From an uncultured virus (IMG/VR IMGVR_UViG_2811995274_000001) (Duplodnaviria; Heunggongvirae; Uroviricota; Caudoviricetes), in IMG/VR virus record IMGVR_UViG_2811995274_000001: DNA of 64,000 nt; one strand, 5' to 3'. A program made the translations under genes and the position numbers. Shown one piece after another: positions 52,793 to 62,437 of the stretch (its first letter is position 1; every line of letters starts with the position of its first letter). The notes beneath the pieces were generated by a model. The model ran no database searches. It saw only the letters and a list, made by a program, of their open reading frames with translations, and was not told where the DNA came from.

Positions 52793-53146
52793 TTATACAA
52801 AACATTTTGGCGGCATTGGTACTGTTTGATTAGTTGGTTTCCATAAATGTAAACAATTTTCTTTTACATTGATATTATCTTTTTTAGCAACAATATATTG
52901 TATAACAGTTTCATCATCTTCAAAGAATAATTCTTTCATTTTACACATTTCTTCCCAACGTGGTGTTTGTTTACTTTTTTCTGGACTAATAGATACATGT
53001 TCCCAACCGCCACCATTAGAAGCAATTACTATAAACCATTTATCTTTAATTTTTATTCTAAATGCACCATTATGTTCATCGCCCATACTTCCAAATATTC
53101 TACTTGCTTGTATACGATATTTATTTAAATAACTTAAATCTTTCAT
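52793..53146 (-). CDS. Conserved phage protein (WEHVS...P.WEEMC...CLHLW family)
   Basis: IASNGGGWEHVSIS, PRWEEMCKMKELFF, NCLHLWKP. Confidence 0.7.
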   Translation of the reverse strand: MKDLSYLNKYRIQASRIFGSMGDEHNGAFRIKIKDKWFIVIASNGGGWEHVSISPEKSKQTPRWEEMCKMKELFFEDDETVIQYIVAKKDNINVKENCLHLWKPTNQTVPMPPKCFV

Positions 53147-53570
53147 TTTGTTCTCCTTTTTATTTAAATTAATTGTTTATATAACGTATTAGTATTTATT
53201 TCATATTTTTTCTCCTAAGCCATATGCAAAGTAAAATAACATATATTGAACTTTTTTCATGTCTTCATCAAGTTCTAATGAATTTAAATCTTTATCGAAT
53301 AATTTTGAAACACTATCTAAATAAACTTCTATGTTATCAAATTGTTCTTCGTTGTCACTAATATATTTAAAAATCTGTGACTTTAATTCTGATAATAAAT
53401 ATAACTCTTGTGTATCAACTAAATAGTTTTCTTTTAACTTATTAAGAGCAATATTATATCTTCTTCTCTTATTAAGAGATAACAATTTATCAATATAATT
53501 TTCTTTTGCATATTTAGCTACTTGTTGTCCAAATATTAAACCTATAGGACATGTTCTTCTTATATTATCA

Positions 53571-54152
53571 TTATTCATTAACTAATCCTTTTTCTTCTTT
53601 TAATAGATCTATAAAACTTTTCCAGATATAATTTATAAAGAACTTATCATGTTCTGTCCATTTCTTAGCTATTAAAAAACTTACTACATCACAAAAAAAA
53701 TCACATTCAAATTCTTCTATTAAAAATCTATTATCGTTAAAGAACTTAAAAATATATCCTTCATCTTCTATACCTTCTTGTTCTATTTCTTCTATCATCT
53801 CCCATATTTCCAAAGCTTGTTCTTTAGTACAATTATTTTCTTTTCTGGTTTCTAAAATCCATTCTCTTAAATTTTTTACTGTACCTTTTAAATCAAAAAC
53901 AGGTTTTTTTAACTTAGATAACATATAATATGGATCTATGCCTATCAATATATCTTTAAAATCTTTACATGTGCAATCTAATACATATCCCATATTTCCA
54001 TATTCAGATACTATACCTAATACTCCTTTTTCTTTATTTAAGAAAAAATAGCTATTATTATAGTATTTATCTTGTACAAAATAAGACTCAGAACTTATTC
54101 TTTTAGCTTCTCTTATTTGCTCCATATTCTTACCTCTTTTCAACAAAACCAT
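53571..54152 (-). CDS. Phage hypothetical protein
   Basis: G.L.I.SEYG..Y...YMLSKL...FD. Confidence 0.6.
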   Translation of the reverse strand: MVLLKRGKNMEQIREAKRISSESYFVQDKYYNNSYFFLNKEKGVLGIVSEYGNMGYVLDCTCKDFKDILIGIDPYYMLSKLKKPVFDLKGTVKNLREWILETRKENNCTKEQALEIWEMIEEIEQEGIEDEGYIFKFFNDNRFLIEEFECDFFCDVVSFLIAKKWTEHDKFFINYIWKSFIDLLKEEKGLVNE

Positions 54153-54197
54153 CTCTTATTAAGTCTATTAATATTATTCTTTTTAATGATTAGCATT

Positions 54198-54581
54198 TTA
54201 TTTTTGATCCTGTATATTTGTTCTTTTCATTTCGACTAAAATGTTAGCTAATTGTTCTATAGTGCTTTCCATAATAAGAAACTCTAGTGAATCATCTGAT
54301 TTAGGTTCAAATAAAGCAAAATGTAAATGGAGAAGTTCGTGCACTAAAGATATCTCCATATCTTGTTCAAATGGAGATTGTGGATAATCTGATGGATCTA
54401 GTATTTTAATAACAGCCTTATTTAATGCTGATACGAATTCAATTTCACTTAACGATTGCTTATTATTAAATTCAGTTAAATTTTTTATTCCTACTATAAT
54501 ACGCCAATTATTTAATTTTAATTGATTTTGCCAAAATGAACATAGCTTTTTTAGTTCATCTTCAGTAAAAATATGTCTCAT
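54198..54581 (-). CDS. Putative zincin metallopeptidase-like protein
   Basis: WQ..L.L..W.I; LVHELLHLH; E..IE.LA. Confidence 0.65.
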   Translation of the reverse strand: MRHIFTEDELKKLCSFWQNQLKLNNWRIIVGIKNLTEFNNKQSLSEIEFVSALNKAVIKILDPSDYPQSPFEQDMEISLVHELLHLHFALFEPKSDDSLEFLIMESTIEQLANILVEMKRTNIQDQK

Positions 54582-54800
54582 AAAAAGTCTCCATAATATT
54601 ATTAAATTTAATGTACTTCAATCTTATAAAACTTTATAGTCTTGAATATGGAATTCCATATCACATATATTATTATATTTTATTTCTATATCTATAAATT
54701 TTTCTTTAGCTCTTTCAGCTTTTTCTCTAGAAGAATAAACTCCTAATATATTATTATGATTTTTAAGTATATAAATTTTACGCATAAATTATTAGTCCTC

Positions 54801-55355
54801 TTATTTAGAAATAATTGCACAAACATATCCTAAATCTTTAATATCTTTTATAATCTCTTTATTATCTTGTTTGTAAATAATTTTACATAATAAATTCCAA
54901 TATAAAATCAATTCTTTTATTCTATACTCTTTAGTGTAACAGTTATTTGAAGATAAAATTTTCTGCATATCTTTTGTTACATTATAAACTATATCTTCTT
55001 GTTTATTGTTATTATTAATATATTTTTGTATAGAAGTATAATATTTGCATCTTATTTTAATACTATTATATGATTTATATGTCATTTTATTTACAATATC
55101 TTTAATACATTCATCTGGAATCGTAGACCAGTTAAGTTCATGGCAATAATCATCATAAAAAGATTTTTCAGTTATAATAGTATAAAACAATCTTAACTTT
55201 TTATCCCATTCATTATCTATTTTAAATATCATTGTTGGATATTCTTCAACAACAAAATAGTCTCCTAATTCTAAACTTACTCCACAACATTCATATTGTT
55301 TCATGGCCATATTTAAAATCTTATTTCTTTCTTCTTTTGAATAAATATCTTTCAT
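54801..55355 (-). CDS. Hypothetical protein, paralog of 55359-55886
   Basis: DIYS.E.RN.....A.K.Y....L.L...D.F..E. Confidence 0.65.
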   Translation of the reverse strand: MKDIYSKEERNKILNMAMKQYECCGVSLELGDYFVVEEYPTMIFKIDNEWDKKLRLFYTIITEKSFYDDYCHELNWSTIPDECIKDIVNKMTYKSYNSIKIRCKYYTSIQKYINNNNKQEDIVYNVTKDMQKILSSNNCYTKEYRIKELILYWNLLCKIIYKQDNKEIIKDIKDLGYVCAIISK

Positions 55356-55358
55356 ATC

Positions 55359-55886
55359 TTAATACCCCGCCATTCCTTTTAAAAATGTTATTATATTTTT
55401 TAATGCAAAAAGTTCTTCCATTTTAATATAGTTAAAGCCTTTGTTCCTAAATAGAATATCAAAGAAAATAGCTAAATTTATAATAGCATTCTTTTCTTTT
55501 AATAAATAACTTAATTGATAAATAGCATCGCCTAGACTTCCATTCATCTTTAAAGCATACCATATATTATGTCTTAATCGTTTTTGTGCATACGAATCTT
55601 CAGACATAAGATCTAAAAAATATTTTAAATCTATATCTTGTACAATCCATCCTATATTAATATTATCTATAACAGCATCATCTAAATGATATAAAAAGTC
55701 TTCTGGTTCAGCCATTAAAAGTAATAATTTATTATCTTGCTTATAAACACTAAATATGTAATTATCTTGATCTTCAATAGCAAACCAATCATTTATTTTT
55801 AAATCTAATTCATTAAATTTATATGATTTAATAGCTTTTTGTATCATTTCATTTCTTTTTTCTATCGTATAAATATCCTCGTTCAT
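55359..55886 (-). CDS. Hypothetical protein, paralog of 54801-55355
   Basis: DIYT.E.RN....KA.K.Y....L.L...D.F..E. Confidence 0.65.
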   Translation of the reverse strand: MNEDIYTIEKRNEMIQKAIKSYKFNELDLKINDWFAIEDQDNYIFSVYKQDNKLLLLMAEPEDFLYHLDDAVIDNINIGWIVQDIDLKYFLDLMSEDSYAQKRLRHNIWYALKMNGSLGDAIYQLSYLLKEKNAIINLAIFFDILFRNKGFNYIKMEELFALKNIITFLKGMAGY

Positions 55887-55984
55887 AATAATTACCTTAA
55901 CTTTTTAAATTATGGCGCCAATTCCTTTTGGTTCCCTCTTATTACAATCTAAGTTTATACTATTTATAACAGTAAAGGTTTATA

Positions 55985-56572
55985 CTAATATATATCTCTC
56001 TTTTTTTCATCTTTTTTTATTATAGTAACATTAAAACTAACAGGATCTATTAATATAATATCTTTATCTTTTTTATTTTTAGCATAATTATAACAATTAC
56101 TTGTACCACTTTTATTATCATCATTATTATTATTGTTACTATTATTTAAAACAACAATAACTATATCAGAATTATCTACCATATATATATTTCTTTTTTG
56201 CATACATGATTTAGTATATTCTTTGCTTATACAAATTATATCGTCCATATTGTTACAAATATCTATATATTCTCTCTTACTATTATTATCCCATTTAACA
56301 TCTTGATTCATACAAGGTTTTACTAGTATTAGTTTTATAATAGAATCAATATCGCTATTATATCTATCTTTTAATTTAATAGATTCTCTTGCAAATATTT
56401 GATCTACTCCTAATGCTCCACCATTTATTAGTGTAATCCTTTTATTATATTTATAATATAATTTTTCAATCACATTATAAATAACTTTTCTTAAACAATC
56501 ATATTTAGAGTTATTCATATTATACCCATATAACTTATTAGGACGATGTCCTGTAATACATACATTTATCAT
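55985..56572 (-). CDS. SLOG family (YpsA/DUF1273-like) protein
   Basis: ITGHRP, GGALGVD, MQKRNIYMVD.SD, SGT.NC..YA. Confidence 0.85.
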   Translation of the reverse strand: MINVCITGHRPNKLYGYNMNNSKYDCLRKVIYNVIEKLYYKYNKRITLINGGALGVDQIFARESIKLKDRYNSDIDSIIKLILVKPCMNQDVKWDNNSKREYIDICNNMDDIICISKEYTKSCMQKRNIYMVDNSDIVIVVLNNSNNNNNDDNKSGTSNCYNYAKNKKDKDIILIDPVSFNVTIIKKDEKKRDIY

Positions 56573-57269
56573 TATTTTTTACCTCTTAAAAAAAATTTTA
56601 TGCTTGTATGTGTATATACGCATTTTGATATGGTAACATACTTCTTCAACTTTTTTCATTTTATAAAAAACGAAAACATATAAATAATCATATAAAATGC
56701 CATTTTTTCCTTATATCATAACGATTTTTCATATGTACGGAACATGGCGGAAAGCTTTATAGCTTCATTTTTTAAAAACGAAGTATCAAAAAAAGAATTA
56801 CAAGAGAATACTGCTAAAAAAAGAAAAAGGCAGTAACCTAAAAAAAAGTAGCAAAATAAAGAAAAAGAGAAATATTTACTATTTAATCTTATTTGCAGTT
56901 ATGTAATAAATAATAACAACTAATATAACATTAGTATAATAAACAATATAATACTAATAACTTAATGTAACTGTAGTTAAAATAACTAAAAATATATCTG
57001 TAATAACTAGGTTCTTCTTTATATTTTATTATATTTTTTGCTAAAAAGCAAAAACGTATAATTTATTTTTATATGTATGAATAACGTCAATGTATTTTTA
57101 TACTATTTTTTATACAGCTTTTACGTAAATTTTAAACACTTTTATACATTTGATGTTTTAAATATACGTAAAAGCTATGACTATAGTGAGTAATTCTTTT
57201 CGTCGTCATCAGAAAAAGCTATGGACGGAACATGGCGACCGTAAAATAATGTTTGTAATATGGAAAAAA

Positions 57270-57314
57270 TAAGAGGATTACTAACACAGATAAACTGCAT
57301 TAGTAATCCTCTTA
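57270..57314 (-). terminator. Strong stem-loop after 57319-57699
   Basis: TAAGAGGATTACTAA/TTAGTAATCCTCTTA 15-bp stem followed by a T-tract on the minus strand. Confidence 0.7.
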
Positions 57315-57318
57315 TATA

Positions 57319-57699
57319 TTATGCTAATTGCATTTTTTTAATTACTGGCTTAGTAGCTGTTGAACTAGATTGTACCTTCTGCACAGTTGTATCGAACAGT
57401 TTTTTCATTTCTTCATCTGTTAAACTAATACCTTGTGCAGCTAGTTGAGCGGCTTCTTGTTGTACAATCATAATAATTTTTTTCTTATATGCTTCTTTAG
57501 CTGCTTGACACCAATCAGCACCTTCTTGACATTTATTTTCGCCAATAGAGCTTACTACATCAATGGCGTCAGCAGTAGTACGTAAGCCATTTGCTACTGT
57601 ATGACCAGTAGAGCACACAACCTTAGCTCCTTTAAATCCGTATTCTCCAACTGTCATAATTCCTTTTGCTGTACTTAAAACTAATTTTTCAATGTTCAT
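57319..57699 (-). CDS. Hypothetical protein
   Basis: 126-aa ORF, AAGGAG RBS. Confidence 0.7.
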   Translation of the reverse strand: MNIEKLVLSTAKGIMTVGEYGFKGAKVVCSTGHTVANGLRTTADAIDVVSSIGENKCQEGADWCQAAKEAYKKKIIMIVQQEAAQLAAQGISLTDEEMKKLFDTTVQKVQSSSTATKPVIKKMQLA

Positions 57700-57738
57700 A
57701 ATAATATCTCCTTTTTCTTTCTTTTATTTGTTTTATTC

Positions 57739-58056
57739 TTATAAACGAGCAAAGCCATAGCAACCTATGATTTGACCTTTTTCGTTTCTTTCAGTTTTAG
57801 TAACGATTAATAAATCATTACGTTTATCTTTTAAAGCACTGGCTACTACAAAAGAAACAATGTAATAAACACCGTCTTTTTCTTCTGGTAAGCCTTCTAT
57901 TTTACCATATTTATTTTTATAAATAGGCACTCTATCAAAGTATTCATCAAGAACTTCTTTTTGTTGAACTCGTGCAATTTCTTCAGATTTAAAGACAATA
58001 ACATCATCTTCTAATAATAGATTGACATCGTGTGGTGTTAAATTAATAATATTCAT
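57739..58056 (-). CDS. NLTPH-motif protein, candidate Crn4-like ring nuclease
   Basis: INLTPH, ARV, GLP...G..YIVS..VA, R.DL, RN..GQIIGC. Confidence 0.5.
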   Translation of the reverse strand: MNIINLTPHDVNLLLEDDVIVFKSEEIARVQQKEVLDEYFDRVPIYKNKYGKIEGLPEEKDGVYYIVSFVVASALKDKRNDLLIVTKTERNEKGQIIGCYGFARL

Positions 58057-58073
58057 AACAAAATATCTCCTTT

Positions 58074-58364
58074 TTATAGTGTAGTTACTACTACACCTTT
58101 TTTATATAAATTAATTGCATCTTCAATTGTAAAGACGCTTTTATTTAGTATATTTTTAACAGATTTTTTGCATAAACCTGTTTTTTTATTAACCTGACTT
58201 TGAGGAACTTTTATTTTAATTTTATTATCTTTTTCTATTTTTAAACTGCTCCAAGTTCCCCATCCACGCATAATTCCTACATCTGTATAAGTTCTCATGA
58301 TAATATAACCTCTTTCTATTTGTAATTTTTTATCTGTTATGCTATAATAATCTCGTTGGTTCAT
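58074..58364 (-). CDS. Hypothetical protein
   Basis: ORF; probable start at MRTY. Confidence 0.55.
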   Translation of the reverse strand: MNQRDYYSITDKKLQIERGYIIMRTYTDVGIMRGWGTWSSLKIEKDNKIKIKVPQSQVNKKTGLCKKSVKNILNKSVFTIEDAINLYKKGVVVTTL

Positions 58365-58415
58365 ATAATAAGGGTAAAATGTGTGCTATATTTTTATAAC
58401 ACACATCTTCTTTTA

Positions 58416-59174
58416 TTATGCTAATAATTCTTTACTTTCTTTTCCTACGCTGATATCCTCTAATTCAATTGATGGTAACATTTCTTCTAAAATTTTATTC
58501 ATTTTACGAGCTCTCATTAAATAAACATTAAGACCTTTTCTTGGAATATAATAATTTTTAAAAATTCTGTCATTAGATACTGTTTCTTGCACAGAAACTT
58601 TAAATTCTCCGTTTAGATAAGACGTATCTAAACTGTTAATGCCATATTTAGTATCTACACCATCTTTAAATAACAAGATATCTCCATCTTGAATTCCGTT
58701 TTCTTCACACGCATTACGATTGAGTTGCCATCTATCTAACGTATGTCTTTTAACGAAATTATATGAAAAACCATTATTAACCATATTGATATACGCTTCG
58801 CATACATCTTTTAATGATTCAAAAAGATTTTCATCATCAGGCATATTTGTCCATTGATCCGCTATAGTTTCAATTAAAGAGTCAATATCAATATCATTAT
58901 TTTGATTTAAAATCTTTCTGATTTGTAACATTCTAATTACCACATCTGTTGGAGCAATAATAGTTGCCGATTTTTCTTTAATTTCAATTAACTGATTAAT
59001 CGTTAAAGCCATAAGCGATAAACCTAAAGCATGATTAGAAAAATCTTTGTTTTCATAAATAAAAGGAACAGCATCTCCTTTCTTGTTAATGTCATAGCTT
59101 AATCTTACGATAGTGTTGTTTCTAACACCTAAAACGATCATTTTGTTAACGTTAAAAATATTTACTGTTGCCAT
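58416..59174 (-). CDS. Hypothetical protein
   Basis: 252-aa ORF, AAGGAAG RBS. Confidence 0.7.
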   Translation of the reverse strand: MATVNIFNVNKMIVLGVRNNTIVRLSYDINKKGDAVPFIYENKDFSNHALGLSLMALTINQLIEIKEKSATIIAPTDVVIRMLQIRKILNQNNDIDIDSLIETIADQWTNMPDDENLFESLKDVCEAYINMVNNGFSYNFVKRHTLDRWQLNRNACEENGIQDGDILLFKDGVDTKYGINSLDTSYLNGEFKVSVQETVSNDRIFKNYYIPRKGLNVYLMRARKMNKILEEMLPSIELEDISVGKESKELLA

Positions 59175-59299
59175 ATATAAAACTTCCTTTCTGTTATATC
59201 GGCTATATTTTTGCCAATATTAAAAAAATTTCAAAAAAAGATTTACCATAGAATAGTAGTAAATAAAAATTTACAACAAAATATAGAAGAAGAGAAAAT

Positions 59300-59458
59300 T
59301 TAAGCTACTCTATATCTTGACATTCTTTTAATAGATTTTTCAATATGTTTTAACATCTCTGCATCTTTATTGTTTACAGCATATTGATATGCTCTTTTAA
59401 TCTGAGGTTCTGTTTCAAATAGATCTTTTAAGATTTGTTTTTCTTGTTCAGTCATCAT
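59300..59458 (-). CDS. Small protein (52 aa), not in the ORF track
   Basis: AAGGAG RBS; MMTEQEKQILKDLFETEPQIKRAY, paralogous to 59455-59628. Confidence 0.6.
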   Translation of the reverse strand: MMTEQEKQILKDLFETEPQIKRAYQYAVNNKDAEMLKHIEKSIKRMSRYRVA

Positions 59459-59628
59459 GCATATCTCCTTTTAATTATTTCATATTTTTTTTTATTAATA
59501 TCTCTTTTTATCTGATCTGACACATCTTCATTATTTGTATTTAAAACGAATAAGTAATTACGCTTAAATACAGGATCTTTAAATAATTCTTTAATCGCCT
59601 CTTTTTCAAGAGGATTAACTTTAAACAT
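59455..59628 (-). CDS. Small protein (57 aa), not in the ORF track
   Basis: AAGGAG RBS; MFKVNPLEKEAIKELFKDPVFKRNY; ATGA overlap with the next ORF. Confidence 0.6.
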   Translation of the reverse strand: MFKVNPLEKEAIKELFKDPVFKRNYLFVLNTNNEDVSDQIKRDINKKKYEIIKRRYA

Positions 59629-59654
59629 ATTATCATCTCCTTTACTAAAAAAAT

Positions 59655-59688
59655 TTCAAAAAAAGAATTACTATAGAAGAGTAGTAAA
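59655..59688 (-). promoter_or_regulatory. Recurring upstream motif (best copy; others at about 6677, 23184, 56785, 59230, 60027, 61082)
   Basis: Minus-strand TTTACTAC-TCTTCTATA-GTAATTCTTTTTTTGAA; all copies found are intergenic, upstream of minus-strand genes. Confidence 0.6.
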
Positions 59689-59723
59689 CTAAAAATCAAC
59701 TATAAATAAGGAAAAAAGAATTG

Positions 59724-59996
59724 TTAAAAATGTATTTCAGTATAGTCAATTGTTGTATTATTATCTTTTTTATTGTTATATGTTCTTTCATCAATCATTA
59801 ATTCAATAGCTACTTTTATATTGTTAATAGTTGCATTTCTTTTTTCTTCTTCACTATACATAAAATTACAACTATAAAATGTATTCGTTATTACTTCTTG
59901 GACCTTATTATAATATTCTTTCTCATTCTTAAATGGATTTTTACGTCCATTTAATGTTTCTTCTAATAACTTTATATAATTTATATTTAAAATCAT
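59724..59996 (-). CDS. Hypothetical protein
   Basis: 90-aa ORF behind a motif copy. Confidence 0.55.
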   Translation of the reverse strand: MILNINYIKLLEETLNGRKNPFKNEKEYYNKVQEVITNTFYSCNFMYSEEEKRNATINNIKVAIELMIDERTYNNKKDNNTTIDYTEIHF

Positions 59997-60128
59997 ATTT
60001 TCACCAATCTTTCTTAATATAAAAATTCTAAAGAAAAAATTACTATAGAATAGTAGTAAATAAAAATTTTAAACTAAATATAGAAGAAGAATATAAAATA
60101 AAAAAAGAGAGAACAGCAATTGTTCTCC

Positions 60129-60725
60129 CTAAACATATTCGAATATATCTTTTAATTTTACTATTAAATTATCACAAATAGATACCTTGATAAAATCCGT
60201 ATATTCTTTTATTTTATCTATATCATTATCTGACATATTATTATTTTCAGCTATTTCTTCATCTGTTAAATAATAATATATATTGTCTAGTATAAACCAA
60301 CTATCTTGATTATAATAGACTTCAACTGACTTACTCCATACATCTACAATCCAATATTCTTTTACACCATATTTAGCATAAGTATATTTCTTTTTACTTC
60401 TATCATTTTTTGCTGTAGTTTTAGATAAAACTTCAACTACTAAATCAGGTGCTCCATGTATACCATCATGTTTTATTATATCTGGATTACATACAATCAT
60501 TGTATCAGGTACAAATCTATTATTTTCGTCTAAGAATACATCCACACCATCACAAAATGCACGACATGTTTTGCCTTTTAAATATGATCTAAATTCACTA
60601 GCAATATTCGTACAAACAGTAGCATGCTCAACTCTAGGACGTGGAGACATCATAAAGATTTTGCCGTCAATTAATTCAGTTTTTATTTTAATATTTCTAT
60701 CGTCAATATAAGCTAAATTATCCAT
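60129..60725 (-). CDS. Uma2 family (DUF820) PD-(D/E)XK endonuclease
   Basis: ELIDG.I.MM.P...H, PD..IVC, GAPDLVVEVLS, K...Y...GVKEYWIVD. Confidence 0.9.
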   Translation of the reverse strand: MDNLAYIDDRNIKIKTELIDGKIFMMSPRPRVEHATVCTNIASEFRSYLKGKTCRAFCDGVDVFLDENNRFVPDTMIVCNPDIIKHDGIHGAPDLVVEVLSKTTAKNDRSKKKYTYAKYGVKEYWIVDVWSKSVEVYYNQDSWFILDNIYYYLTDEEIAENNNMSDNDIDKIKEYTDFIKVSICDNLIVKLKDIFEYV

Positions 60726-60784
60726 AACATTATTCCTCCTTTAATAGAAAAATAAGACTACAATAAGATTATAACATAAAACTA

Positions 60785-61048
60785 TTAATAAATTTCTATA
60801 ATATCTATATTCTGACTATCAACACCGCAGGAAATAAAGAATAAATGTGTTCTATCATAATTAGATACTAATATCTTTATAATAGAAGAATATATTCTAA
60901 TTTCCTCAATAAAGTTATCTTCATCAATATCAAGAAGACATTTATTTATTATCTCCTTATACTGATTAAAAGTATCATATTTAGAATTAAATAATGATAA
61001 CCATTCTTTTTTTAATAGATTAACAACAATAGTTTTTACAATAATCAT
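60785..61048 (-). CDS. Hypothetical protein
   Basis: 87-aa ORF, AGGAGG RBS. Confidence 0.6.
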   Translation of the reverse strand: MIIVKTIVVNLLKKEWLSLFNSKYDTFNQYKEIINKCLLDIDEDNFIEEIRIYSSIIKILVSNYDRTHLFFISCGVDSQNIDIIEIY

Positions 61049-61257
61049 ATAAATGCCTCCTTAATATAAAGATATAAAAATTCTAAAAAGTGATTTACAA
61101 TAGAAGAATAGAAAAATAGAATTAATTGATAAATTAAATATAAAGGAGATATCTAACATAATAACTATATCAATATCTCCTTTATATATATTACTTCTAT
61201 ATAGTCCACGTATGGAACTATATAGACTAAGCGTGCGAATAACGTACCGCAGGTCAA

Positions 61258-62316
61258 TTAATTCTGTCCCGCAGGGATATCTTCTATATTGATTTCACCT
61301 AATGTACATAATTCATTAACAGCTTCTTCAACACCCTTTTCATTAGCGGTATTAATTAATCTTTTAAAAGAACCTAATGTTGCACCACTGTATTTTCCCT
61401 TCTTACCGCCACAAACAAATAAATAAGAAATAATTAGATATTTTAAATCTTTTTTAGAGTTTCCTTTATATGTTTTTAATATGTTTTTATATTGACCTTT
61501 TTCAATATCTTGTATTGATTTTTCTCTAAAAATAGTATCGATATTATCTAATTCTTCTTCAGTTATAAAAGATACAACAATATTATCTTTACATTTTTTT
61601 ACTTCATTTGTATCATTAGACTGTTTTTCATCTTTTCCAATGTTAATATGTTGAAATAATTTTTTTATTCCTTTTTTCTTAATATTAACTTCTATAACCT
61701 GAGCCATTTTTACAGCTAAATGATCTTCTTTCATATTATTTTTATTAGCTAATAATATAACTTCATCAGCACAATTAATAGCATTATATATTGGTTTATG
61801 TGCTTTTAAAGTAAGAACTGATGCACTATGATGTCTTTTATCATCTTTTATACCAATATAATTTATCATTTTAGCAACCATTTTATTATTCTCTTTATTG
61901 ACTCTATCACAAGCAGCTGCAATGATACATTCTAAATCCATGTAATTAATATCAGGACAAGTAACAAATTGTGCTTGGCCATAATGTTTAATAACATTTT
62001 TTACGTAATTATACATACGTTCTTGTAATGATACGCATTCTTTTAATGCTTTATCGTTAGGGCCAATAATAGCTATTCTGCGAATAGAATTTTTAGTAGT
62101 ATTTTTAACTTTATTTTTATTTACATTAGTAACCTTATTACTATTTACAGGATATATGGTTAATTTATAATCTTTTACTTGAATTGCTTGTTTTGCTATT
62201 TTGGCCTGTTCATACATAGTATTAAATACTGTATTCATGACTTTATTAGTTAATTCTTTATTTCCATCTAAAACTTCCATAACTTTATTATTTAAAATTG
62301 TATTAATATTTAACAT
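61258..62316 (-). CDS. Hypothetical protein
   Basis: 352-aa ORF, GAGG RBS. Confidence 0.7.
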   Translation of the reverse strand: MLNINTILNNKVMEVLDGNKELTNKVMNTVFNTMYEQAKIAKQAIQVKDYKLTIYPVNSNKVTNVNKNKVKNTTKNSIRRIAIIGPNDKALKECVSLQERMYNYVKNVIKHYGQAQFVTCPDINYMDLECIIAAACDRVNKENNKMVAKMINYIGIKDDKRHHSASVLTLKAHKPIYNAINCADEVILLANKNNMKEDHLAVKMAQVIEVNIKKKGIKKLFQHINIGKDEKQSNDTNEVKKCKDNIVVSFITEEELDNIDTIFREKSIQDIEKGQYKNILKTYKGNSKKDLKYLIISYLFVCGGKKGKYSGATLGSFKRLINTANEKGVEEAVNELCTLGEINIEDIPAGQN

Positions 62317-62391
62317 AGTAAATTACCTCTTTCTTCAATCTTGACTTTTTAATTAAAATAAATTAAAATTAAACTAAACTAAAATAAGTTA

Positions 62392-62414
62392 GAGCGACTC
62401 ATAAAGAGCCGCTC
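62392..62414 (-). terminator. Intrinsic terminator-like hairpin
   Basis: GAGCGGCTC-TTTAT-GAGTCGCTC on the minus strand after the last ORF. Confidence 0.55.
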
Positions 62415-62437
62415 AATTAATTAAGTTCTTGTACAAC

